DNA of 54,122 nt, the filler included, from Bipalium vagum (Eukaryota): the NCBI GenBank assembly GCA_037834085.1. It is 3 parts of 3 records of this genome, joined end to end, with 100 filler letters (N's around TTAATTAATTAA, not from the genome) between each part and the next. Parts side by side here need not be neighbours in the genome. Positions count along the whole stretch, not along the records: positions 1 to 20,205 come from JBBMKC010258116.1; 2 more parts are not named here. The stretch is one strand, 5' to 3'. The position numbers were made by a program, and so were the translations under genes. Positions within the stretch are counted from its first letter, which is position 1, and each line of letters begins with the position of its first letter. Positions 1 to 12,790 of this stretch are shown one piece after another. Below the pieces are notes generated by a model. The model saw only the letters and a program-made list of their open reading frames with translations, was not told the origin of the DNA and did not search any database.

Positions 1-1056
1 TTACATATACATATATTTACATATACTTTTAAAATAAAATGACATGCACAATTTTTTAAATTAAAGTTTTAAAATCAAAAATGACTTGTTCATGCACATA
101 AAGTTTTGAAATCACAAATAACAGTTTGTGGAAATCTTTTAAGTCACAAAGTTTTTTTTAAAATCACAAATGAAGCAAATTTGATATTGGCTGACTCAGG
201 ATTTGGGATTTGGCTCTGTTGCAGGCCTCGCATGAGTTGATCCGCTTGGTTTGGATTGTTTTGATGGTACTGCAATGTTTGTTGTACGTAGTCTCCACAC
301 TATCTGAAGTTACTTACTAGTATGACTCGACTTATCCAATCTCATCATCCTATGCAGACGGAAAAACTAAACTACTAAAATTAATAAATTAATTATTTTT
401 TAAAATTCGACTAATTAAATATATTTAAATAAAACCATTAAACATTAAAATCTTAATATTTATTTATTGTACTACATAAATAGATATTACCAGATGCTAG
501 GCACGTTTATTTTCACCCTCGGGCATAGTCGAGTCTATGCTTGTGCTAACTGCCGAGCATCGGCTGGATGTTTGTTGAGACATTGCTATTTATTTATTTT
601 TGATTATTCGACAAAATTGTCCAAGGTAGCAAATCAGCGAATGAATATATTGCCTTAAAATTGTGATTTTTCTTAAATGTAGCCATTCAATTAATCTTTC
701 ATAGATCTACATAGTTTGAGGGTAATGTAATACGTTGATGGTTTATTCATCAAGGTTAACTGCCTCTTTTGTGGCTTGAAGTATTGTTCCCATGTCACCT
801 CAAAGTCTAAATCCATGTCAACAATCCAATTCAATTATATATAAAAAATAACTTGCTTATAAATATTATTTTTTTTTACTCTGAGAGTGGTTTTTCCTGC
901 ATTTAAATATAGTTAATACATATCACTTTTTATTACTTTTCAGCATCTCTGTCATAACTAACTATTAGTACAGATTAAAATTCATCAGGGTTGAAGTGAC
1001 AAAATGATTTCATAATGATATAATATTTGTTTTAAATAATCAATAATTAGATAATT

Positions 1057-2175
1057 GAAGGGTGAATTTAAAATTTTTCTATGCTGAATATTTTACTAAT
1101 AATAATGATTCAAATTTAGGAATGGCCGAATAAAGTATGATGTTCAATTTCAGAGATATTAAAGTATCAGTGGATTATTGGTTCAAAAGGAATATGTACT
1201 TGATAGACACAACCAACGAGATTAATAGTGTTTTGAAGAAAACCACTGGTAAATAATCTTCTGTTACGAATTGTTTTCATCAATTTCTGATGGGTAGGAA
1301 TTTTTGATGAATTTCGAGATCCAGTTGCCCACCAGAAGTTACTACAAAGAGAATTTACGAATCATTTTGGATCAAATGGCAGAAAAACTGAAAATTTCGA
1401 TAGGAAAAATTCAATATATTTTCCGTAATCATCTGGGCGCTAGACATCTTTGTGTTCAGTGGATGCCATATACTCTCACAGTTGAATAAATGGATGAAAA
1501 TGTACAAGGAGAACATGAAAAGTTTCAATTTGAAGGTGAGGATATTTCAACTGATTGGCAACCAATGATCAGTCCTGAGTATATTTTCAAGAGAATCTTT
1601 TATCACAAGAGGCCAAAGCATGGATCCTTGAGGACTACTCAATTCCAAAAGTTGTGAAGGCTGATGAATTTCGAAACACATATGACAAAGATAATGTGGT
1701 ATTTTTCTGTTCGACAGTAATAGTCAAAGTAGTCAAATGGGAAATGGAAGAGTGGTATTCCAATATATATTTGCGTTCATCTCCGAGAGACATCCAAAAT
1801 CTTGTGTAAAGGGGACAATTTTAGACTATGATAATTCTCGACTACATAAGACTGAATCTGAGGCCGAATACTTGAGTTTTTGGTATCGAGTTGCCGACTT
1901 CTTATTTTACAATTCAGACCTTTCTCCCTGTGATTTTTGACTATTCAAAAATATGAAAAAAATTTACGAACAAAACGTTTGCGACAGAAGAGTTGGATAG
2001 TGTTGTTCATACCTTCTTTGATACAATTCCTTCTCAGGACTGGCACAAAGTCTACGGTAAATGGTAAGATCGCTGAATTCAGACTGAGGGTGATTACTTT
2101 TAAAGATTTTGTGTAAAAATTTTAATAAAGTTGTTTTTTTTTTCATTTTGATACTAAAGACTTTTCAATTGTACT
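1057..2175 (+). mobile_element. Degenerate mariner (DD34D) transposon
   Basis: Frameshifted ORF pieces carry mariner motifs in order: HLGARHLCVQWMPYTLT (WVPHEL-like), LDYDNSRLH (HDNARPH-like), YNSDLSPCDF (YSPDLAPCDF-like). Ends approximate. Confidence 0.85.
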
Positions 2176-2726
2176 AATTCATTGATAAAAAAGTTCGATG
2201 AAATTAAAATGATTGTTTTTAAGATTAACTGCACACTTTTACCATGTAGCTTCTTGTCGTGTTCGACTGTACTCATATTCGAAAGAGTTTAAGTTAATTT
2301 TTGCATTGATCCACCATCTCTTATAGTTCTCAAGTATTGCATGGTCTTTTCTTCCTTAATCTATTTAGTCACTGGTATACCATTGCATCATTATATATAA
2401 ATATCAATGGTTTGTAAACCTCAGAACTGATTGGATTTAAGTTAAATTATGTTAATTGTCATTTTTCGGGTGTCTCCATTATATCATACCAAAACCAAGA
2501 CTCATTTTATCAATATCTTTGTTAACTTTCACATAAGCAGAGAAACTTTCTCCACGGTCAGAACTCAGCATAACTCAAAAATATTAATAATATTAATAAG
2601 AAAGATACAAATATAAAATTAATGGGTATTCTAAAACATCGTTGACTATTTGAGATTATCCGTGTTTGAAGATATTGGTAGATTAAACTCGCCCATATAC
2701 CATTCTCAAGTAAGTTGTTCGCTTCA

Positions 2727-2818
2727 CGTATTTGTAGCTCAGCGGTCAGATCGGATTATGTGCATGTGAAAGATCCTGGGTTCGAATCCCGGTATCTCCG
2801 AATAAATTTCAACTAACA
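2727..2818 (+). mobile_element. tRNA-derived SINE-like element / tRNA pseudogene, copy 1
   Basis: Pol III A box TAGCTCAGCGGTCAGA and B box GGGTTCGAATCCC at tRNA-like spacing. Non-tRNA tail AATAAATTTCAACTAACA is shared with the copy at 23116-23200. No convincing acceptor or anticodon stems. Confidence 0.7.
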
Positions 2819-4229
2819 ATTTTATTTTAATACGAGAAACATCGCACGAAAAGGGATTGTGATGATGAAAAGTATCATTTTGATACTTAGCGATATTTTA
2901 AATAAACATTTTTATTTATTTATATTTTTTGTTATTAAGAAAAAAAATATTGAAAAATAAATGACAGAAGAAAACAATGAAAAATAATAAATAAAATTAA
3001 TTTTTATTTTAATATCTTTTATCAATCGAAAGAAAGATTAATTTTTAATAATTTAATTTAAATTTTCTTTTTTATTTAAAAATTATGAAGAAAAAATCTA
3101 TAATATATTTTCCTACAATGAATGTTGGTTAGAAAATAACCGATTCACTTTTCAGACTTCTGTTAACAGAAAACTGCGCTCTGGGCCATGAAAAAACAGT
3201 GATACAGGTTATTAACGTAAAAGCATTTTCACTTCTGCTGGGGGTCTTCGTGGCTAAAGTAAGGTTTTCAGAAGTAATGTCTAATGACATGTCGAGAGAA
3301 AAGTGAAATATTCACAAAACGTTGACGGACCATTAATAAATCATAATGTTTGAGAAATGAAGTCGAATTCTTGTTATACATCTTTCCCTATACAACGAAA
3401 GTTATGCGACATATCAAAAAGAAGTTTCTTTTTTGTTTTAAATCTAAACAATGTCCTCGAAATAATTGTTTTATCAGCCTAAGAACAAAAAGGAATTTCG
3501 GGAAAATATTATTTCATAATACCGACAGTTATTTGACTTAGTAATTGTCCAGTTATAATTTTTTTTCAATATCATTTGGAAGCATTGCATAGGCTGCGGA
3601 TAAGGTAAGCAAAATATACAGCTTGGTCCAACGAATTTTGCACCGCTTGAGAAAAATCCAAAAAATCAACCGATTTGTATTTTTGGTAATAAAAGATAAG
3701 TAATTAAATAATTATTTGAATAAAAATTGTTTAAATATGCTAAATTATTTATTTTAGCAGTATTTTGTTTGAAATAAAATTTATGGCGAAATTTTCAAAG
3801 GATAATGATATAATTAACTTCAATAGAAGTGTCATTTATGCTTTGCACTTTTAAGGGGAATGGAGTTACAATCGCATTGTTCGAGAAACAGGAATAAATA
3901 AATAAACCATTGCGAAGTTTTGTCAACGAACTAATGTGTTCAAAATGTAACACCAAATGAAAACAACAGAAAAAACTGCTGTTGGCATAGAAAAACAACT
4001 GCAAGTTTGGTTTGTCTTATTGTGCGAAGATGTTTAGAGATTAAAATTATCTTGAAGAATAACAAAGGACCTGAATGACATCTAAACAATCAACAGACGA
4101 CTCCATGATGTTGGTGTTCATTATTATGTTCCGGGTAAGAAACAAAAGCTTATGATTGCTGGTAAAAGAAAACGCTTAGTTATATTCTTGTGTAGTCATT
4201 TGTAAATCAGAATTCAAAGTATCAGAATT

Positions 4230-4500
4230 TAATCGCCTCCAACTTTGAAGGGTCTGTCTTTACCCCTTTTTTACTCACCACATGACCCAATAACTTTATT
4301 TCCTATTTCAGCAAATGACACTTTTCTGGATTTATCCTTAGTTCAGCTTCGCGCACTCTTCTCAGTACTTCGTTCAGAACCTTATAATGCTTACTTTCAG
4401 TCCCCGTAAACATTAATATGTCTCCCAGATAGATCATTCCTCCTTTTATACCACCGACGACCTTCGTCATTATCTCCTGAAATGTGCCGCTATTAACCAA
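4230..4500 (-). mobile_element. Ty3/gypsy-like reverse transcriptase fragment
   Basis: ORF 4303-4500: GTFQEIM...IYLGDILMF (decayed YLDDILI)...H..VL.EVL.R.REA.LRINPEKC, a typical LTR-retrotransposon RT C-terminal part. Confidence 0.8.
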
Positions 4501-4504
4501 AATA

Positions 4505-4710
4505 AAATCCGATTAACCAAACAAACTTTTCAAACTTGGACCTCACCTTTTTTTAAAATTAAATTATTTACTTTTTTAAAATTAACCAACATTTATTTAA
4601 AATATTTATTTAAAAATTTAAAAAACGTAACATTACAATTTTTAAGAACTTTAAATTAAGGTTCTTATTTTAAAAAATTCAAACAAACTTATTCGTCGAA
4701 TCACTCCTTA
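4505..4710 (+). repeat. ~200-bp dispersed repeat, copy 1 of 3
   Basis: AAACA(A/G)ACTTTTCAAAC..G..CCTCACCTTTT..AAAATTAAATTATTT ... CGAATCACT recurs at ~45280-45510 and ~53320-53527. Confidence 0.85.
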
Positions 4711-5149
4711 TACGCTTGTTGTGTGTAAAGAAGAATGTCGATACTGATTGGTTACCAGTTTTCTTTAGCGATGAGTCAATATTTCAAATTGGGGGTGCTG
4801 GCATGAAAACTGTGTGTCAAAGAAGTGAAGAGAGATATTATAACAAATTTGTACTTAAATACCTAATTGAATTACTAGAAAATGTCATGACTGGGGCGTT
4901 TTTTCATTCAATTCCTTTAGTGATTTAGTACACCTGCAAGGTCGTACTAATTTCGAACTATATAAAGAAATGCTGAAAGAACACTTTCTTGACTTTCTTT
5001 ATGATGATAATGGAGTTCAGATATGTGTATTATCATAACTAAATATATTCAATTAACATTTTTCTGAAAAATAAAATTTCTGAAAATGTTTAATGTCAGT
5101 GTTTAACTGTTTTAATAAATCAATTTTATCGAACTTAATTTCAGTTAGT

Positions 5150-5904
5150 TCAATTTTTAATAACGTTCTCCATTGAAGAAAGAATCCAAATTGTTTTACT
5201 GATACTGAGATGGAGGAAGTCACATTAGTCAAAAGGTATTTAAAACACTTAAAATAGAAGAAGATACATACAACGAGGACAATAAGGAAGATATTTGAAA
5301 ATTCAAAAAAACTGGAAGTATTTGTGATCTTCGGAAGTCTGGAAAAGTATCAATTAAAGATGAAAAAAATATGTAAAATAATACAGGTTTATGAAAAAGC
5401 ACTTGATGATTCAAATTGTCCACGAGTTACATGTTATAGTCTGTGATGAAAGAATTGCAATGTGCGAAAACATAATTAATGTAATTGACAAAAATCCATC
5501 TTTTCTTCAAAACCTAATTTTTATTGATGAAGTAACCTTAAATGAATATGTCAACAGACACAAATGCAATTTCCTAAAGAGATTATACCATAATCAAACA
5601 CCAGTTCAAAGTTAATGATTGGATGGGTCTTTCAATGTTCCGCTTTCATGGTTCATTTTTTTTCATAAGAATGTGAATGGGAAAACTTTGTCAAAACTTT
5701 GTCGCAGAATTAAATCTGATATACTTTAATCAGTAATTTTCACGGATGATGGAATAGCTTCAATGGATTGAAAAATCACCAGACTTAACACCACTTCATT
5801 TCTTCCTTTGGGGACATCTGAAGACACCGGTATATAGAAGAAAACCAAGATATTTTACGATATTACATTTTGAAAGGGGAAACTTACCTTCTAAAATTCA
5901 CCCG
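5150..5904 (+). mobile_element. Degenerate rosa/DD41D-like Tc1/mariner transposon
   Basis: FLQNLIFIDEVTLNEYVNRHKC (FSDE..F.LNG.VN.HN-like) and downstream SPDLTPLHFFLWGHLK. Ends in a TIR-like ...AATTCACCCG followed by TA. Confidence 0.75.
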
Positions 5905-5906
5905 TA

Positions 5907-7140
5907 CTATGTCAGTCAATAATTTTTTTCGTTTGATATGAGATTGCACCACTAAGTTTGTCATTTTATTTTGTCAATTCTTTCTACGTTTACAAGACCT
6001 GACATTTACCTGTCATTGATTTTTTTAAGATGGAAAAACATAAATATCTTTCAGTGATAAAATTCTTATTTTTGGAAGATTTAGAACAAAAAAAAATTCA
6101 TTTAAGTTTCTTAAAAGTGCATAAGCACTCATCACCTTCAATTAGAAAAGTAGAAAGATGAGTTTCTGAATTTAAACGTGGCCGTACATGCGTTGCAAGC
6201 AAACCACGTGAAGGACGTCCAAAAATTACATCAACACCAGATATCTTAGAGAACATACACGATATTATTTTGGAAAATCGTCATTGACTTTGATCGATAT
6301 AGTTGACATCAACGATTTCTCATATGGTACAGAACATCATATTTTAATTGAAGTTTCAGGTTTCAGAAAGCTGAGTGCACTATGAGTGCTGCTTTTTTAA
6401 CAGTGGAACAAAAAAATATTTGAATAATACTTTCTCAGCAACATTTGGGGTTTTTCAAAATGATAAAAATGATTTTGTACGTCGATTCATCTCTATGGGT
6501 GAAACTTGGGTCTACCACTATGATTCTGAATCAAAACAAGAGGCTAAGGAGTGAGGTGAACCCGTCTGTTCGACACCTAAAATAGTAGTTCGTATTCAGA
6601 AAACGGCCAAGAAAGTGTTAGCTTCAGTTTTTGGGATGCAAAAGGGATTTTACCGTTGGATTATGTTCAAACTGGGAAAATAATTAATTCTGAATATTAT
6701 TGCAACATTTTTAATCAATTGGACGATAAAAATCGTGAAAAAAGACCCGGTTTACAAAAGAAAAAACCATTTTCCGTCAAGACAATGATCCTGCTCACAC
6801 AGCTCAAAACCCAATGCAAAGATCACTGATTTGAAGTATGAATTTTTGCAAAATCCAGTCTATTCATCAGATTTAGGTTCCCCCAGCTTCTGGCTTTTCT
6901 CAAACCTTAAAAAATTCATGCATGAAAAGCATTTTTCATAAAACATAGAGGCAATAGCAGTCGTAGACGATAATTTTGAAGACCTTCCGGAATACCACTG
7001 CAGGAATGGAATCCATAAATTAGAGGAAAGTTGGAATAAATGTGTTGTGCTTCTTGGAAAATATACTTAATAATAAAATGCATTAAAATAAATAAAATTA
7101 TGTTTTTCTTATCGAATGACAAAACTTACTGCTAACTCAG
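5907..7140 (+). mobile_element. Near full-length degenerate mariner (irritans-like)
   Basis: Imperfect TIRs (CTATGTCAGTCAATAA.. / ..AAACTTACTGCTAACTCAG) flanked by TA. Transposase from ATG 6030: MEKHKYLSVIKFLFLE, PREGRPK, MGETWVYHYD, QDNDPAH, YSSDL. Multiple stops and frameshifts. Confidence 0.9.
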
Positions 7141-7365
7141 TATTATTTATTTCTTAACAAAATTTACTTCAAAGAATTTTCTGTTATTCACTTTTAATTA
7201 AACTGTCCAGCGAATTTTGAACTTCTAAAAAGATTCTTTTTCAAATAAATATTTTTTAAATAACTTCAACGCACTGTTTGCAAAGATATGAAAACCCTTT
7301 TATCTTATCACTGTTCAATTTTTGTAAAATACATGAAACAGATTTTTCAAAAACAATATCATAAC

Positions 7366-8211
7366 AATATACCATTTCTACCTCAATTTTAGAATTTTAT
7401 ATTTCAATTTTAGAATTACAAATTTTTTAAAAAAAGTTGTTTATAGCAATTTATTTATGTAAACATTTAACAATGAACAATACAATTATTGTATTGATAT
7501 AAATTATTAAACAATATATACATGCTGCTGCATTAATTAAATTTCGGGTCATATGACGAAAATAGCCGTTACAATCATTAGCTGTAACACTTGTTACTGC
7601 TTCCAAGATGAAATCCCTAAATCTACCAACAGGTTTATTTCTTATAAGTGATTTGACTTTATTTTTACTTTTGAAAATGTAGTTTCAATAGGGTTCAGCA
7701 TATACGAGTATGCGAAAGAAATTTGAACTGAAACCCAAATTCTGATGTTATTGCTTCCAGGTCTTTGCGTCGATGAATACGTGCATTATCAAGAATAATA
7801 CAAGCTGCAGTCATGGTTTTCTCATCTCGAAGATATGAACATAATTCCTTTATCTAAGAAGCAAATATATCGCCATTAACGGTGCTGTTATCAATAAATT
7901 TAGAATACTGAACACCGCTAATGCCAATACTCGATAGTAAAGAAACGGATATATATATTTTATTTATTTATATTTTATTCCGAGTAGAGCAGAAGCTTCA
8001 TTTAAATCTAATGATTGCATTTGAACTATTTCGATTAATTGCTTTCTCTTCTCGTTGCTAATAGATTGATTTTTTCTGGAATCTGTTTGCGCGGATGTTT
8101 CCATTTTTAAAAAATACGAAAATATGGATAAACAAATTTGTTTGAAAATTAAAATGTAAAATTCTAAAATTGAAATGTAAAATTCTAAAATTGAGGTAGA
8201 AATGGTATATT
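7366..8211 (-). mobile_element. Internally deleted Tc1/IS630-like (DD34E) transposon with ~50-bp TIRs
   Basis: Inverted repeat AATATACCATTTCTACCTCAATTTTAGAATTTTA.. (7366) / ..TAAAATTCTAAAATTGAGGTAGAAATGGTATATT (8211). Minus strand reads LDNARIHRRKDLEAITSEFGFQFKFLS/YSYMLNPIETTFSKVK, giving 34 residues between D and E once one frameshift is repaired. Confidence 0.85.
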
Positions 8212-9059
8212 ATTTTTTAAAAGACAGTGACAGTATAACTATTTATTTTAATTATTGGATAGTATCGATTTTATCTTGACGCCAGTGTGATAATAGTAAT
8301 CACAGGATTTTGCTTGATGGAGTATAAAAGCATCTATAAAATATAGCCCCATGACGAAAGAAAAATTATTGAAGACAATTTTGAAAATAGTTTGAGAAAT
8401 TAAACTTACTGATTTGTTAATTCACTGTAAAGACGACGGTACAGGAAAATTTAAGAAGACTTTCATTTGCAAGTTTATGCTTTGTTACCAAGACATATGA
8501 TGTTAACCCCCGTGCACTCGATCGTCTATAGAAGACAACAGGGTGTCTCCCTGATGGCCCAAGGATTAACTTAGTTTTATCTTGATAAGAGGGTTGTAGA
8601 TTTTCATTGCTAACATTGTTCTTTTTGTGTTGTTTTTCATTGAGTTTTATCCTATTATTCATTTTGTCATTTCGATTTTACCGATCATATCTCCGGGTGA
8701 TAATTATTGAGAATTGATTTTACAATTAATATCTCTTTATAATAATGGAGCATAATTCAATATTTGTTCGATTGATGTTTTATTTTGTCCACTTAGTACT
8801 GAATTTTATTGGGATATCAATAAAGCTTTGTGTTGTTCGAACTGATTTTTGTCACGCCAACTAATACTTAATGAGTTAGATTCAGGCGTGTGCTATAATG
8901 TTCACTCGAAGGTTTAAGTAGTAAATTATTATTATTAATTATACGTTACGAATCTATTTTTATAAATTTATTTACTGTTAGTCATTAAATATGACTATTT
9001 CATTACTAATATCTATATAATTTTATATTATATTTTGATTTATTTTAATATTATAATAT

Positions 9060-9940
9060 TTGAAAGTCATTTCGAGTCTGGAGGAAATTATGGTTCAGAA
9101 AATATAGTTAGTATTAAACTTTAAATGATATTTAAAAGTTAATCTTAAAATATTATAATTAATAAATATTCCCATAAATATGAAAACGATTAAATAAAAT
9201 AAAGTCGTAATTATATTTATTATTTAAACAGTTTGATATTCTTCTCTTGCAAGACCTGGAAAAAATTATAATTAATAATACTAAATAATTAATAAATTTT
9301 AATTGGGCCTTAAAAATTAAAATTATTAGGATAAATAAATTTTTAAGATTATAATTAATATGAAAAAAATTTCGTAGCTTTATTTGTTTTTTAAATAGTT
9401 AGAGATTATTTTCTTGCAATATCTGGAAAAAAAAACATAACTAAAAATAATAAATAATAATATATAAATATAATATATAAAAAAATTCTCATAAAACAAG
9501 TATTAAATTAATTTATTTTGATTGGCTCTTAAAGTTTAAAAATATTTTTATTTTTATGTTATTAAATAATTTAAATTAGAAATTAAGAAAAATTTCAAAA
9601 ATTATAATTAATAATTATTCTTATAAAACCCAGTCGTAATTTTAATTATTATTATTTAAAAATTTTGAGATTCATTTCTTTCATTATCTGGGAAAAGTAA
9701 TATAAATAATAAATAATAATAAATGAATTTTAAATATATTCTGATTGGCTTTAAAAGATTAATAATATTATTTTTCTTTATTAAATAATTTAAAGTAAAA
9801 ATTAATAAAAAAATCTCAAAAAATATAATGAATAATAATTAATAATTATTCTCTTAGAAACAAGTCGCAATTTTATTTATTATTTAAACAGTTTGAGATT
9901 CTCTTCCTGCAATATCTGGAAAAAATAATATAAATAAAAA
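9060..9940. repeat. Imperfect tandem repeat, 4-5 units of ~170-260 bp
   Basis: Core GTCG(T/C)AATT..TATTTAAA.AGTTTGAGATT..TCTTGCAA.ATCTGGAAAA recurs near 9204, 9373, 9633 and 9863, with a partial copy near 9066. Confidence 0.8.
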
Positions 9941-10621
9941 AATATTACATTTATATTAATAATGAATTATCAAAAATTTAAGATCTTCTGTCGTGTAGAC
10001 AATTCCAGTGCAGCTCATTAAAAAAATAAAATATTTTCGATTTTCAAAATGTTTTTGTACATAAAAATATAATTTTTTCACTATAACAAAATGTCTTCAT
10101 TTCTTTCTGACAAAATATTTAAAGATTTTCATCATAGAAATTCATTGGATATATCAATCCTTCGAGTCTCAGCTGCAAAGGAAACTCTTTTGGCTCTCTC
10201 ACAAATGTCTGTCACCTTGACCAGCATCATCCAAGGATTATAAAAACTTGTCTAACTTTATTTCTTTTAGCGAATATTGAGCAAGATAATAAGATGGTAT
10301 TGGATAATTACATTTGCGTTGATTGGAGAAATGGAAGGTCTGACAAAGGAAATTGGTAGTCCTGAGAAAAAATATATGAGATATATAGTAGGAAATCGGA
10401 ATGGGCTCAGGAAATCATATCCAGGATGATGAACTGCCAAAAAGGCGAATAGCGGGAACAGGAGACCTTCTCATTCGGAAAGATGCAGAAAGGTAAAAGA
10501 AATGAAGATAATTTCGGGCACAAAATAGAGAAAGAAATTTGAAGAGGGTCAAACATGAAATAATTCCAAAACTTTGAATTAATGTAATTATAATATTCTA
10601 AAAATAGATATTTTATAAATC

Positions 10622-10641
10622 ATTAGAAATAATACTAAATA

Positions 10642-10707
<66 letters not shown>
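10622..10707. repeat. (AAT)n microsatellite
   Basis: Perfect AAT run. Confidence 0.97.
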
Positions 10708-10708
<1 letters not shown>

Positions 10709-12237
10709 TATGAAAGATTTGATAAATTAAATAAAAGAATTGTTTTTAAAGTGGTTCATGATTTAAGCATCAGTTGATAATAGATGAATATTATTTAAAA
10801 CTTGTTTAAATATTCGCTCCTCAAACACCGCGAATTTAAACTCATGTTTATTTGAATCGTGAAAGTTAAGTTACTTGAAAGTATTACTGAGATCAGAAAT
10901 AATTCTTCAAAGATCTGCTTCAGATAAATAATCATTTATTATTATAATTATGAAACTATTAAGTACTCAAAAAGTATTTCATGAAGAAAAATGTCAACCG
11001 TTTCCAGTTCAAGTGCGATTGGAGTTCTGAGTATAAAAGAAAGAGAACAAAAGGAAAATCCTAGTCAGAGAAAAATTTTTTTTCAAAAAATAATATTTTT
11101 TAATTAAGAAAATATTAATTTTGCAGACTTCATTAGATATGATATTTTTAAGAAATTAAAAAGATCAAAAAGGAATTTAAAAAATCATAAGCAGTAATAT
11201 ACCACTCATTAACTGAAGACCAATTGTGGAAGCTATCATATTGTTTATATTAATTATGTTAAAGGTTAAATGTAATTAAAGTTTAATGTATTAACTGAAA
11301 AACTTTTTTAAAATAGTAACAAGAATTTTAAATTTTTAAAATCTAATTAAAGTATAACGTTTTTAACATAAAATTAAATGTTACAATAATTAATATATCG
11401 ATTATTTGTTTTAACGGACTAATTATAATTATTATTTTAAAGGTGATATAAGATAATTTTTCAAATTTTTCATTTTATGATATTATTTAAGTTATTAAGT
11501 TTATCGAAATAATTTATTAGCAAGGTAACAGTTGAATTTTACAAATTTCATGTAGTTAGAATGTGAATAAAATATATTTAATTTCACAAATATTGAGTCT
11601 ATCATATTCGAAAATACAATATATATTCAATATTTTTCAATCTAAAGAACAGTCAATAATTGTGATTCTGAAGAGAACTATTAACATTCTCATTAACAAA
11701 AATTATTAAAAAGTTTGAAATTTCATGATCTTAAAAATTCTAAATAGCCAGTTTAAATATTCGGAACCAAATCGAATTTTAATCAATGAAATTATAAACT
11801 TAGATAAATTATATTTGTAGATTAATAATGATCAATTGTGTTTGAAAATGATAAAAAACCAGTTTGTATAAAAGTCAATTGTTGAAGTCTTTATTATAAC
11901 TGTTGATTTAAGAATTATTAACAAATGGTATAATGGTTGGTCTAAGTCAACAAACTTTCCCAACGATAAGGGTATCCTACCAGTTACTACGTCAATCATC
12001 CACTTTAGATTCAAAAGAGTAAAATTATCCTAATATGTTTCATTTTATTCACTTCTTATAAAACATTTTTCCCTTATTTTTGTATTTTAACATTTTATGT
12101 TGTTAATTTAATCGAAAAACGACCTGCAAAACGATGTTCTACTTTAGAAAAATAAAACAAAATGTCATTTCAAAAAATCAATGTTAATAAGTTATTATTA
12201 ATAAGTTCTTAATAATAACAAAAGAAAATTTTATTAT

Positions 12238-12790
12238 ATCAGGTTGTTGAATTGGAAATGTCGCTAACATAATTCTATTATTTTCTTTTATAATAAAATC
12301 TTGACTATTGTTTTGATATTCATTTAAAATAACAATGTTTGGCAAATCTATTATAGTATGTCAATATATTGATTGATTTTTAAAATTAAACATCTTAGAA
12401 ATGATTGAGCAAAATTTCCTATGATTATAAAAAAGGAAAAAGTGCAAAAGAATCTCATGGCAATTTGTGTCATGTATTCAGCAAGCCAATTTCAACCTGA
12501 CATCAGTGTCAACGATGGTACAAAGGCGATGAAAGTATTGAAGACACGGAATATTTTAAACATCTGGAAGTCGAGGATAATGAGGAAATTAGGGCATCAA
12601 TTGAGTTGGAATCAACACAAACTGGTTGAGGAATTTGGTTGTCATTATTCCACTATTAAATTGCACTTAAATTAAATTGGAAAAAATAACCGTTGAGAAA
12701 AATGGGTGCTGCCACAGCTCATCGATGCAAACAAGAATGCATGAGTCACCGTGGCCGAAATTATCCGACACAGGGTAAAAAACAACGATT
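12238..12790 (+). mobile_element. Mariner 5' remnant
   Basis: TA-TCAGGTTG.. TIR-like start; HTH-region residues LVEEFGCHYSTIKLHL, followed by KWVLPQL (WVPHEL-like). Confidence 0.65.

Larger units (their letters stand above)
3619..5040 (+). mobile_element. Fragmented Tc1-like transposon interrupted by a gypsy RT fragment and a short dispersed repeat
   Basis: TA+CAG.. TIR-like start at 3617-3650, degenerate HTH-like coding at ~3830-4190, and the Tc1 first-D motif VFFSDESIF in ORF 4716-4928. That the two parts belong to one element is inferred. Confidence 0.55.

Noticed and set aside
170-310. Minus-strand exon (..INSCEACNRAKSQ..)
   Set aside because: All frames are short and there is no partner exon. 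The CxxC resembles a retroelement integrase zinc finger but cannot be supported.
2727-2800. Functional tRNA gene (also 23116-23200)
   Set aside because: A and B boxes are present, but acceptor and anticodon stems do not pair convincingly, and both copies share a non-tRNA 3' tail.
3156-3604. Plus-strand exons with good donors (3259, 3605)
   Set aside because: No recognisable protein; the segment before 3605 has stops in all frames from the nearest acceptor, so it is at best a UTR exon of an unknown gene.
9060-9940. CRISPR-like repeat-spacer array
   Set aside because: Units are long, degenerate and similar along their whole length; eukaryotic context and no cas genes.
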